Notes under the pieces: model-generated
Seen by the model: the letters and a program-made list of their open reading frames with translations, nothing else
Databases searched by the model: none
What the model was told of the DNA's origin: nothing
In this document: piece by piece, positions 18,397 to 26,985 of the stretch
Layout of the letters: each line of letters starts with the position of its first letter
Numbering within the stretch: the stretch's first letter is position 1
From: Clostridia bacterium
GTDB taxonomy: Bacteria; Bacillota; Clostridia; Oscillospirales; CAG-272
Length of the DNA stretch: 64,000 nucleotides
NCBI GenBank assembly: GCA_017447775.1
Contig: JAFSMU010000009.1
Coordinates: 4,531-68,530 of the forward strand
Reading direction: 5' to 3'
Position numbers and translations under genes: made by a program

Positions 18397-19443
18397 TTAC
18401 GAAACAATAATCGCGGATATTTTTACAGTCGTGCCGTGCGAGCGCTCGTCGCTCTGCCCCGTCGTTACAACTTCAAGCGTATGTTCGCCATGTTCAAGAT
18501 CGTTTGCAAAAACGACGTAGTTTATCCTGTCAAAGCGGAGAGCGTACTCGTCCCAAAGGCGCTTTGTCGTAAATTCGCCGCCGTCGATGCGCCATTTTAT
18601 ATCGCCGGAATCGTGCGCCGTCATATATATAATCCCGACAGCCGTTCCGGAAAATTTCACGCAGATATGATGATTTTCGCCGCTTGCCGTAAGATAGCCG
18701 AAACCGCGCCGTCCGTTTTCGCCGACGAACGGCTCGTCGACATAATTAAAATCGGTGTCGGCGATGTCTTTTGCGCGCAAAAGGCGCGTGTTTTCGTATT
18801 TTTCGCGTCGGATGGGGAGCGGAAGCATAAGCTCGCGCTCGAGAAAGCGTATCGCCGCTGCGGCGAGTATCTTATGGCCGAGGTCGTTTGGGTGTACGCT
18901 GTCTTTTGTATACGTCATATAGTCGCCCTCGCCCACGCGGACACGGGAGTTTATTTCTTCTCCGATGTCAAGAATCGGCAAGTCGTAATGCTCCGACAAA
19001 ACGCGGTATGAGCGGTAACTGTCGGGGCATTCGCCGCGGAGCATCTTTTCATATGTTTTTTGCGTACAAGTCAAAACAAGGACGACATCGGTTTTCGGCG
19101 ATATTCTCAGCACACGGCGGATGATCGCTTCCTCGTATTCCTCGCAGCCGTCAACAGCGGTGTCGTTTGTGCAGAATTCGATAAAAAGCAGGTCGGGGCT
19201 GTATTTCAGCACGTCCTCGTCAAGACGGAATATCGCAAGATCGGAGCCTGTGCCGCCGATGGTGGCGTTGATCTCCGTTATTTTTGAATCGGGGTATTTT
19301 TCGATAAGCCAGTTTGTTGTGTGCGAGCGCCAGCCCTTTGTTTTTTTATCGGTCGAGCCTGCGCCCTCGGTTATCGAGCCGCCGAAATATGCGACGGTGA
19401 TATCCTTTTTTGCGGCAAGCTTTGAGTATGTATTTTTAAGCAT
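18397..19443 (-). CDS. SGNH-family hydrolase with C-terminal beta-sandwich domain
   Basis: Contains YFGGSITEG, IEFCTND and DSVHPND blocks. Start set at MLKNTY (19443). Confidence 0.7.
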   Translation of the reverse strand: MLKNTYSKLAAKKDITVAYFGGSITEGAGSTDKKTKGWRSHTTNWLIEKYPDSKITEINATIGGTGSDLAIFRLDEDVLKYSPDLLFIEFCTNDTAVDGCEEYEEAIIRRVLRISPKTDVVLVLTCTQKTYEKMLRGECPDSYRSYRVLSEHYDLPILDIGEEINSRVRVGEGDYMTYTKDSVHPNDLGHKILAAAAIRFLERELMLPLPIRREKYENTRLLRAKDIADTDFNYVDEPFVGENGRRGFGYLTASGENHHICVKFSGTAVGIIYMTAHDSGDIKWRIDGGEFTTKRLWDEYALRFDRINYVVFANDLEHGEHTLEVVTTGQSDERSHGTTVKISAIIVS

Positions 19444-19575
19444 TGTCAGCCTCCGTTTTTGAGATTTCAAGTATATTTTAGCGCTCAAAAAAAACAATGT
19501 CAATAAAAATAAAACAATATCTTGTATTTTGATTTTCCGTGTGATAAAATGTAGAAAAAACCACGGAGGCAGCTT

Positions 19576-22500
19576 ATGTTTTACCCAAGCAGCAAAAGCG
19601 AAAAGCTCGACCTGTCCCTATTCAAAAATCCGCCGTCCGAATATCGCGCCGCACCGTTTTGGGCGTGGAACTGCGATTTGAAGCCCGAATTGCTCGAAAA
19701 AGAAATAGAATATATGAAAGAAATGGGCTTTGGCGGCTTTCATATGCACCCGCGCGTCGGACTTGCCACGCCGTACCTCTCCGACGATTTTATGTCGCTT
19801 GTGAAAACGTGCGTGAACAAAGCCAAAGCCGAGCAGATGCGCGCATATCTGTACGACGAGGACAAATGGCCCTCCGGTTTTGCAGGCGGACTTAACACAA
19901 AGGACAATATCGAATTCAGGCAAAAAAAGCTGAAAATAACGTCCGTTCCGTATGGCGACGGCACGCTTACTGTTGACGACGATATAAAAAATTCGACGGA
20001 TATACTGCCCGAGTCGAAGTATTATCTGCTTGCCTGCCACGACGTTATCCTCGATGGCGACGGGTATATTTCGTCGTACAAACGGATAGACGTTTCGCAA
20101 AAGGCGGAGGGGATAAAGCTGTTTTCATACGTCGAGTATATGCCGCCGTCAGAATGGTGCAACGGCGGAGCGTATGCCGATACGATGTCGAAGCCCGCTA
20201 TCGAAAACTTTGTGAAGATAACGCACGAGCGGTACAAGGAGTGTGTCGGCGAGGAGTTTGGCAAAGCTGTTCCGTCAATTTTCGGCGACGAGCCGCAAAT
20301 GGCGAAAAAGACTTACCTTTCTTCCCCGTTTGATGTATGCTCCGTCGATATGCCATATACCACAGACTTTGACGAAACGTTCAAAAAGGCTTACGGCTTC
20401 TCGATAATCGACTTCATACCGGAGCTTGTTTACGAACTTCCGGGCGGAAGGGCGTCAAGAGCGCGGTATTGCTTCCACGATCATTCCGCGGAGCGATTCG
20501 CGTCCGGGTTTGCCGACACAATAGGCGACTGGTGCCGCGAGCACGGCATCGATTTTACCTGCCACATGATGATGGAGCCCGCCCTGTGGACGCAGACGAT
20601 AGCAACGGGCGAAACGATGCGATCATACCGCTCCCTCGGCATACCGGGAATAGATATGCTCGCCGACCACCACGAACTGTCAACGGCAAAGCAATGTCAG
20701 AGCGCGGCGCGCCAGTACGGGCGCGAGGGTATGATGAGCGAGCTTTACGGCGTTACAAACTGGTACTTCGACTTCAAAGGACACAAGCAGCAAGGCGATT
20801 GGCAGGCGGCATTTGGCGTGACTTTCCGCGTTCCGCATCTTTTCTGGGTATCAATGCGCGGCGAGGCAAAACGCGACTATCCCGCGTCGATAGGTTATCA
20901 GTCCCCGTGGTACAAGGAATACCCGTATATAGAAGATCATTTTGCGCGAATAAATACTGTTATGACGCGCGGAACGCCGATAGTCAACATCGGCGTGATA
21001 CACCCGCTGGAGTCGTTCTGGCTGACGTTCGGGCCACTGTCGCAGACGTATCTTGAACGCGGCGAGCTTCAAAGAAAGTTCTATGAGATAATAAACTGGC
21101 TCGTATTCGGCTCGCAGGATTTCGATTTAATATCGGAATCGCTGCTGACGCATCAGTTCTCGGGGACCGACGGCGGTTTTGGAGTTGGCGTTCAAAAATA
21201 CAAGGCCATAATCGTTCCGAATATGAGGACTATCCGCTCGACAACGCTCGACGCGCTTGAAAAATTTGTCGACGACGGCGGCAAAGTGATATTCATGGGC
21301 GATGTGCCGACGCTTGTCGACGCTCTTCCGTCAGATCGCGCGAAAAAACTTATAGAAAGATGTAAATATATTGATTGGAATAAAAAAGACCTGTTCCGCC
21401 TGATCGAGCCGGAGCGAGAGGTGCTTTTGGCAAATGAAAACGGCGAATTTGCAGACAATCTCGTTTACAATATGCGAAAAGACGGGGATGTTCGCCACTT
21501 ATTCATCGCGCACGTGACGGAGCCGAAGGATTACGACGTTTCGCCGATCGAGCATTACCGCATAACGATAAAAGGCGAGTGGGCGCTGACGCTTTTTGAC
21601 ACGATGACAGGAGTTACGCGGCCGCTTGCCGCGTCTTATGACGGCAAAAACACGTCATTTGATTGGGTATGCGGAAGATGCGACTCCATTCTTCTTGAAA
21701 TGAAGGCGGGAAAACAAATCGAAGGATTTGAATTTATCGATAAGTCTTACCGCGGCGAACAGTTTCTTGCGCCGTATGCAAAGTACACATTGTCGGAGCC
21801 GAATGTGATTCTTCTCGATATGCCGCGCTACTCTGTCGGCGACAAGTTAAGCGAGCCGACGTACATCCTCACGGCAGGTGACGAAATACGTAAAAAGCTC
21901 GGCGTTAAAATAACAAAACGTCAGCCGTGGGCGGCAAAAATATGTGACGACGTTCGCGGCGTTGCCGAGTTTTATTTTGAGATAAACTCCGATATCGACG
22001 CAAAAGTAAGCCTTGCGCTTGAATCTATCGAATACAGCACGGTTTACCTTAACGGCAAGCGCGCAGATATGACGCGCCGAGGCTACTACGTCGACGAGGA
22101 GGCATTCGCCGTTATCGATCTGCCGTCAATCAGTAAAGGCAAAAACGAGCTTAAAATCGTGCTTGAGATAACCGACAAAACGCAGATCGAGGCGTATTAT
22201 CTGCTCGGCGATTTCGGCGTTTCGGTGACGGGACAAAACATCAAGCTGACGTCACTTCCAAACGTTTTGTATTTCGACGACGTAACAAAGCAGGGGCTTC
22301 CCTTTTACGGCGGGAATATAACGTATCATTTCGATATTTGCGGCGGCGGGAATAAGACGCTTGAAGTGCGCCGCTTTACAGGCACCGCGATATCGGCGGA
22401 GCTTGACGGCGCGCGCGTGCCGGGTATGCTTGCATTCCCGCCGAACAGACTGCCGCTCGGCGAGCTTTCAGACGGCGCCCACAAACTTGATCTCACGCTT

Positions 22501-22662
22501 TACGGCAACCGTATGAACACGTTTGGACAGCTTCACAACACGATCTTAAAGCCGTCCTATACCGATCCCGGAATGTGGCGACCGAAGGGCAGATTTTTCA
22601 CGCCCGAATATATGCTTCGCGCGCACGGGATTTTTACAACACCCGTCATTCTTGACGAATAA
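19576..22662 (+). CDS. Large (1028 aa) glycoside-hydrolase-like protein, family not assignable by eye
   Basis: N-terminus YRAAPFWAWN...MGFGGFHMHPRVGL...YLYDEDKWPSGFAGG is typical of a TIM-barrel glycosidase class common in gut Firmicutes and Bacteroidota. No signal peptide. Confidence 0.55.
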   Translation: MFYPSSKSEKLDLSLFKNPPSEYRAAPFWAWNCDLKPELLEKEIEYMKEMGFGGFHMHPRVGLATPYLSDDFMSLVKTCVNKAKAEQMRAYLYDEDKWPSGFAGGLNTKDNIEFRQKKLKITSVPYGDGTLTVDDDIKNSTDILPESKYYLLACHDVILDGDGYISSYKRIDVSQKAEGIKLFSYVEYMPPSEWCNGGAYADTMSKPAIENFVKITHERYKECVGEEFGKAVPSIFGDEPQMAKKTYLSSPFDVCSVDMPYTTDFDETFKKAYGFSIIDFIPELVYELPGGRASRARYCFHDHSAERFASGFADTIGDWCREHGIDFTCHMMMEPALWTQTIATGETMRSYRSLGIPGIDMLADHHELSTAKQCQSAARQYGREGMMSELYGVTNWYFDFKGHKQQGDWQAAFGVTFRVPHLFWVSMRGEAKRDYPASIGYQSPWYKEYPYIEDHFARINTVMTRGTPIVNIGVIHPLESFWLTFGPLSQTYLERGELQRKFYEIINWLVFGSQDFDLISESLLTHQFSGTDGGFGVGVQKYKAIIVPNMRTIRSTTLDALEKFVDDGGKVIFMGDVPTLVDALPSDRAKKLIERCKYIDWNKKDLFRLIEPEREVLLANENGEFADNLVYNMRKDGDVRHLFIAHVTEPKDYDVSPIEHYRITIKGEWALTLFDTMTGVTRPLAASYDGKNTSFDWVCGRCDSILLEMKAGKQIEGFEFIDKSYRGEQFLAPYAKYTLSEPNVILLDMPRYSVGDKLSEPTYILTAGDEIRKKLGVKITKRQPWAAKICDDVRGVAEFYFEINSDIDAKVSLALESIEYSTVYLNGKRADMTRRGYYVDEEAFAVIDLPSISKGKNELKIVLEITDKTQIEAYYLLGDFGVSVTGQNIKLTSLPNVLYFDDVTKQGLPFYGGNITYHFDICGGGNKTLEVRRFTGTAISAELDGARVPGMLAFPPNRLPLGELSDGAHKLDLTLYGNRMNTFGQLHNTILKPSYTDPGMWRPKGRFFTPEYMLRAHGIFTTPVILDE

Positions 22663-22688
22663 AAAAAGCCGCCAATGGCGGCTTTTTT
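22663..22688. terminator. Bidirectional terminator
   Basis: AAAAAAAGCCGCC-AATG-GCGGCTTTTTT. Confidence 0.85.
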
Positions 22689-23490
22689 ACATCATTTTGT
22701 TTTTTCTGTGGGCGCTTGGAGAGTATCCAGTTTCGGCTTTGAACTGACGGGAAAAATAGCACACGTCGTAATATCCGAGCGAGCGCGAGATCTCCTCGAT
22801 CGTCATCGAGGTCGACTTAAGCTGCTGTTTTGCAAGGTTGATTTTTGCATTTTTGATGTACTCCGATATCGGAAGTCCCACGACGGACGAGAATACCCTT
22901 CCGAGATAGTCGGCTGAATATCCGCACTCCTTTGCAAGTTCAAAAAGCGGCGGGACCGATGACGGCGATGCGTTTATCCTGTCGCAGATGCCGCGAACAA
23001 GATCATATTTGTCCTTGCCGTAAACGTTGTCGATATAAACGCTCTGCTGCTCGAAAAACTCGGCAAGCACCGAGGAAAAAACAGCCTCAGCGATGTCTTT
23101 TTTTCCCGCGTTGAAGTAACGCAGGACTCGCCCGAGCGCGTCGCGCATATATGAAATGTCCGAAATACGACGGTAAAGCGCCCCGCCGGAAAACGGATAG
23201 ATCGGGCGGCCTTCGCCGATAAAATCGAAGTGGACGTTTATTGTAAGCAGTTTGTCGTCAAGGTCGTGCTCGCCGATGCATCTGTTGCCAGGCGTCAAAA
23301 GCAAGCTGTCCCCGACAGATACGTCCCACCTTTTGCCTCCGCAGGTGAGCGCGCCGTGTCCGCGAAACACAGTCCACAGGTCATAGTCGCCAAATCCGTC
23401 CTCGCCCGTGTCCCAATGCCAGTTTTCATCGCAGTCTTTGATGCCGCACGACTGTATTTTGATGTTTTTGATGTCATATGAATATTTCAT
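22687..23490 (-). CDS. AraC-family transcriptional regulator (cupin sensor plus HTH)
   Basis: C-terminal IEEISRSLGYYDVCYFSRQFKAETGYSPSAHR. Start set at MKYSYD (23490). Divergent from the 23584-28433 operon. Confidence 0.85.
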   Translation of the reverse strand: MKYSYDIKNIKIQSCGIKDCDENWHWDTGEDGFGDYDLWTVFRGHGALTCGGKRWDVSVGDSLLLTPGNRCIGEHDLDDKLLTINVHFDFIGEGRPIYPFSGGALYRRISDISYMRDALGRVLRYFNAGKKDIAEAVFSSVLAEFFEQQSVYIDNVYGKDKYDLVRGICDRINASPSSVPPLFELAKECGYSADYLGRVFSSVVGLPISEYIKNAKINLAKQQLKSTSMTIEEISRSLGYYDVCYFSRQFKAETGYSPSAHRKNKMM

Positions 23491-23583
23491 GACGTAATAA
23501 TACAATATTTCAGCGTAAAAATCAATAGAAAAAATCAAAAAAATGTAGTATTTTTAATTCAGATAAACACAATGGAGTATGTA

Positions 23584-23958
23584 ATGACGGAAGAATGGCG
23601 CAAAAAGCTTGCCGCAAATATGAAAAACGCCGAAAACAACGTTGATTTTTGCGAAGCACTTTACCGCTATATAATCGAGCGGCTCGAACTGCCGAAAGAC
23701 ACGCACCAAAGAGAGCTATATTATTTGGTGCTTTTTTCCGTGCGCCTGAAAATGCCAAACGAGGACGTTTCAACGCTCGAAAGTCGGCTTGCCACCGTGG
23801 ATTGCCACCAGACAAGCTACATCGTGAGCAAAAAAACGCTTCTGATGATGGAGATCGAGCGCGAGCTTGGCGTAAGTCTTGACGCGATAAGCGCGACTGA
23901 TGTCGTAAGCGTTGACGACTACGCAGACAAGTTATGGGAGAAAATAAATGAAAAATAA
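23584..23958 (+). CDS. Hypothetical 124-aa protein, first gene of the desulfurase operon
   Basis: ATG at 23584, 7 nt after GGAG. No recognisable motif. Overlaps the next gene by 11 nt. Confidence 0.6.
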   Translation: MTEEWRKKLAANMKNAENNVDFCEALYRYIIERLELPKDTHQRELYYLVLFSVRLKMPNEDVSTLESRLATVDCHQTSYIVSKKTLLMMEIERELGVSLDAISATDVVSVDDYADKLWEKINEK

Positions 23959-25156
23959 CGATATAAAAGCCGATTTTCCGTTTTTTGAGCATAACAAATC
24001 GTCAGTTTATCTTGACAGCGCCTCAACGTCGCAAAAACCGAGGTGCGTTATGGATGCGCTGACTGATTTTTACAACAGATCAAACGCAAACATCTCTCGC
24101 GGGGAGTACGCATTTTCCGACGAGGCGACGAGAATGTTTGAAAACGCGCGGGCAAAAATCGCCGCGTACTTCGGGACCGACGCGTCATCTCTTGCATTTA
24201 CCCTGAACGCGACCGATTCGCTCAACATCGCCGCAGAAACGCTCGGACGCGCGGCGACGGTAGGCAAAAACGTCGTAATTTCCCCGCTTGAGCACAATTC
24301 CTCGCTTCTTCCGTGGATGAGGATACGCAAGGAGAGCGGCGCCGAGCTTCGATTTATTCCTCTTTCCGACGGCGTAGCCGACCTTGACGGAGCCGAGGCG
24401 CTGATTGACGATAACACCACTGCGGCGGTGTTCACTGCAGCGTCAAACGTCAGCGGCTACCGCGCGCCGCTCAAAACGGTCTGCCGTATCTTTTCAGAGC
24501 GCGGTGTGCCGCTTATAATCGACGCAACGCAAGCGGCGACGCATGAAAAAATCAACGCGTCCGAGCTTGAATTCGAGTATATGTGCGCGTCGGCGCATAA
24601 GATCTACGGCCCGATGGGCGTTGGCGTCATCATCGCCGGGAACGAGAGAGCGAAAAATCGTGTCCGCGCAAGACTCGGCGGCGGCACCGTCGAGAAAGCG
24701 GGCGTCTTCGGATACGATATAAAGGAAAATTTCAGCCGTGTCGAAGCCGGCACGCAAAATGTCGCCGGGATCATCGCATTCGGCGCCGCGATAGATTACC
24801 TCGACTCGCACAATATAAGCGAGCTATGGAAGAGGGAGCGGCGGCTTGCGGAAAAATTGCGCGCTTTCCTTTTTGATATTGGCGCAAAGCTTGCGCCGTG
24901 CGGCGACGATCCTATGCCGCTCGTGTCGTTTGATCCCGTGTTCATCCATCCGCTTGACGCAGCGCACCTGCTTTCATTAAACGGCATCTGCGTAAGATCG
25001 GGGCGGCACTGCGCGCACGCGGCGCACGATATGCTCGGCTTTGAATCGACTCTTCGCGTCTCGCTCGGCATTTACAACGACGATGACGACGTTGACGCGT
25101 TCATTTGCGCGATGAAAGAAATAAAAGGCAGGTACGGAAATGCAAGAAAACAGTGA
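23948..25156 (+). CDS. Class-V aminotransferase, SufS/CsdA-like cysteine desulfurase
   Basis: Contains YLDSASTSQKP, the PLP-lysine motif SAHKIYGPMGVG and the catalytic-Cys loop RSGRHCAHAAH. Confidence 0.82.
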   Translation: MKNNDIKADFPFFEHNKSSVYLDSASTSQKPRCVMDALTDFYNRSNANISRGEYAFSDEATRMFENARAKIAAYFGTDASSLAFTLNATDSLNIAAETLGRAATVGKNVVISPLEHNSSLLPWMRIRKESGAELRFIPLSDGVADLDGAEALIDDNTTAAVFTAASNVSGYRAPLKTVCRIFSERGVPLIIDATQAATHEKINASELEFEYMCASAHKIYGPMGVGVIIAGNERAKNRVRARLGGGTVEKAGVFGYDIKENFSRVEAGTQNVAGIIAFGAAIDYLDSHNISELWKRERRLAEKLRAFLFDIGAKLAPCGDDPMPLVSFDPVFIHPLDAAHLLSLNGICVRSGRHCAHAAHDMLGFESTLRVSLGIYNDDDDVDAFICAMKEIKGRYGNARKQ

Positions 25157-25550
25157 AATCGTGCAAAGACTGTTCGCCGCCGAAAACGAGCTTGACCGCT
25201 TTGATATTCTCGCAATGGCGGCGCTCGGCGCGCCGAAATACCCGCCCGAAATGAAAGACGACGCGCACAGGGTGAACTCTTGCGAAACGAAAACGTGGTT
25301 TTGCGCCGACACAAGCGACACTCTGAAATTTTACGCCGTCAGCGACTCGCTTTTTATCGGCGGGCTTTGTGAGGCGCTTATCGAAGCGTCGCAAAAGCTA
25401 AGTCCGCCGGTGGATCATATCGGCTTTGCCGACGAGTGCTTTGCTCGCGGTATCATAACGGCTCGCCGCCGCGACGGGCTATATGAAATCGAGAAAAAAA
25501 TAATAAAATATATAAACCAAAGGGAGAACAAAAATGAAAAAGGCAATTGA
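25140..25550 (+). CDS. SufE-like sulfur-acceptor protein
   Basis: 136 aa. HRVNSCETKTWF corresponds to the SufE active-site Cys loop. Overlaps both neighbours by 17 nt. Confidence 0.65.
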   Translation: MQENSEIVQRLFAAENELDRFDILAMAALGAPKYPPEMKDDAHRVNSCETKTWFCADTSDTLKFYAVSDSLFIGGLCEALIEASQKLSPPVDHIGFADECFARGIITARRRDGLYEIEKKIIKYINQRENKNEKGN

Positions 25551-26985
25551 CGTTAAGGTAAACGTAAAACCGATTTTTTCAAACGTTGTGCATACGGCGG
25601 TCTGGGAAGGCCCGTGCCGCGTAGGTACGCTTGAAGAGCTTTCGCCCGAGTATGAGATGCGCGTCGGACGCGAGCAGGTAAAGGTCTGGTACAAGCAGCT
25701 CAAAGAAAACATTTCTTCCGAATACGCAAACGTTATGGAGCCGGCATACATAGAATATCCCGAAAGCTTCTATATTTCGGACGAAACATTTGACGTGCTG
25801 AAGCCTGACCTCAACGAAGTCGATATATTCCTGTTCACGTACAGACTCCCCGGCATCGAGAGGCTGAACAAGCCGATGTCGATGATCAACAACGGCCCCG
25901 CGCCCGTTGACCTTGGCGCATTTTACTCCGATATCGGCCACGAGTTCTATTTCGGGCACGATTTTGAGGAGTACAACGAGATTTTGAAGCTTCTTCAAGT
26001 ACGCAAGGCGATCAGGAACACAAAGCTCCTTGTCCTTACCGCTTGCGAGCAGTTCCCCGTTTCCGTGAACTCGTCAAACCCCGATCTGTTCGGGCTTAAT
26101 CTGAAATACGGCATCCGCTCCGCGCGCCGCTCGATCAAAGACGTGTTCCCCATAATGAAAAAGCTCGATATGGAGGATAAAATATCCGCCAAAGCCGACG
26201 AGATACTTTCAGGGGCGGGTGAGGCGAACATAACGAAGGAATGGATATCTTCCGATCTACGCTACTATGAAGCGGTCAAAGTTATGATGGAGGAGCTTGG
26301 TTGCAACGCGTTCACAACCGCCTGCAAAGAGCTTTGCGCGTCGCGTCTGCCGATGGAAAACAAATGCACGCCGTGCCTTGCTCACTCGCTGTTCAAAGAC
26401 AGCGGCATCCCGACTGCTTGCGAGGAGGACCTTAACGTCTGGATGGCGGTAATGGTGCTGATGTATCTTTCAAAGAAGTCGATATTTATGGGCAACCCGT
26501 CGCTCGTTCACGCGCACAAGCGCCCGATAGAAGACCTCGGTATGACAAAGCTGCTCTCCGGCCCCGCCGAAGGGTTTGACGAGGACGTGCTTGAGATCCG
26601 CCACGCCGTTCCGGGAAGAAAGCTCGAAGGACTTGATCTGCCCGATATGCCTTACGATATCGGCCACTTTACGCTTGCGGGATGGGGCGCAAAGGTTCAG
26701 GTTGATATGTCAAAGGGCAGCACAAAAACGGTTACTATCGCACGTTTTTCGCGCGACGGATCGTCTATGATGGTAACGCGCGGCGAGATCCTCGGGTGCG
26801 CGTACCGCGATATCGAGTGCTCACCCGCCGTTTACTACAAGGTTGAAGGCGGCGCGAGAGAGTTCCGCCACGCGCTTGCCGAGGGCCACTACGGTCATCA
26901 CCTCGCCGTCGTTTACGGCGATTACGTTGACGAGCTGAAAGAGCTTGGAAAAATCGTCGGTTTCAAAGTGGAGCATCACAAATGA
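25534..26985 (+). CDS. Cys-rich protein resembling L-fucose/L-arabinose isomerase (COG2407-like), paralogue A
   Basis: 483 aa. Contains IPTACEEDLN and a GHHLAVVYGDY tail, as in fucose-isomerase-like proteins, plus a C-x3-C-x9-C-x2-C motif (TTACKELCASRLPMENKCTPC). Confidence 0.5.
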   Translation: MKKAIDVKVNVKPIFSNVVHTAVWEGPCRVGTLEELSPEYEMRVGREQVKVWYKQLKENISSEYANVMEPAYIEYPESFYISDETFDVLKPDLNEVDIFLFTYRLPGIERLNKPMSMINNGPAPVDLGAFYSDIGHEFYFGHDFEEYNEILKLLQVRKAIRNTKLLVLTACEQFPVSVNSSNPDLFGLNLKYGIRSARRSIKDVFPIMKKLDMEDKISAKADEILSGAGEANITKEWISSDLRYYEAVKVMMEELGCNAFTTACKELCASRLPMENKCTPCLAHSLFKDSGIPTACEEDLNVWMAVMVLMYLSKKSIFMGNPSLVHAHKRPIEDLGMTKLLSGPAEGFDEDVLEIRHAVPGRKLEGLDLPDMPYDIGHFTLAGWGAKVQVDMSKGSTKTVTIARFSRDGSSMMVTRGEILGCAYRDIECSPAVYYKVEGGAREFRHALAEGHYGHHLAVVYGDYVDELKELGKIVGFKVEHHK

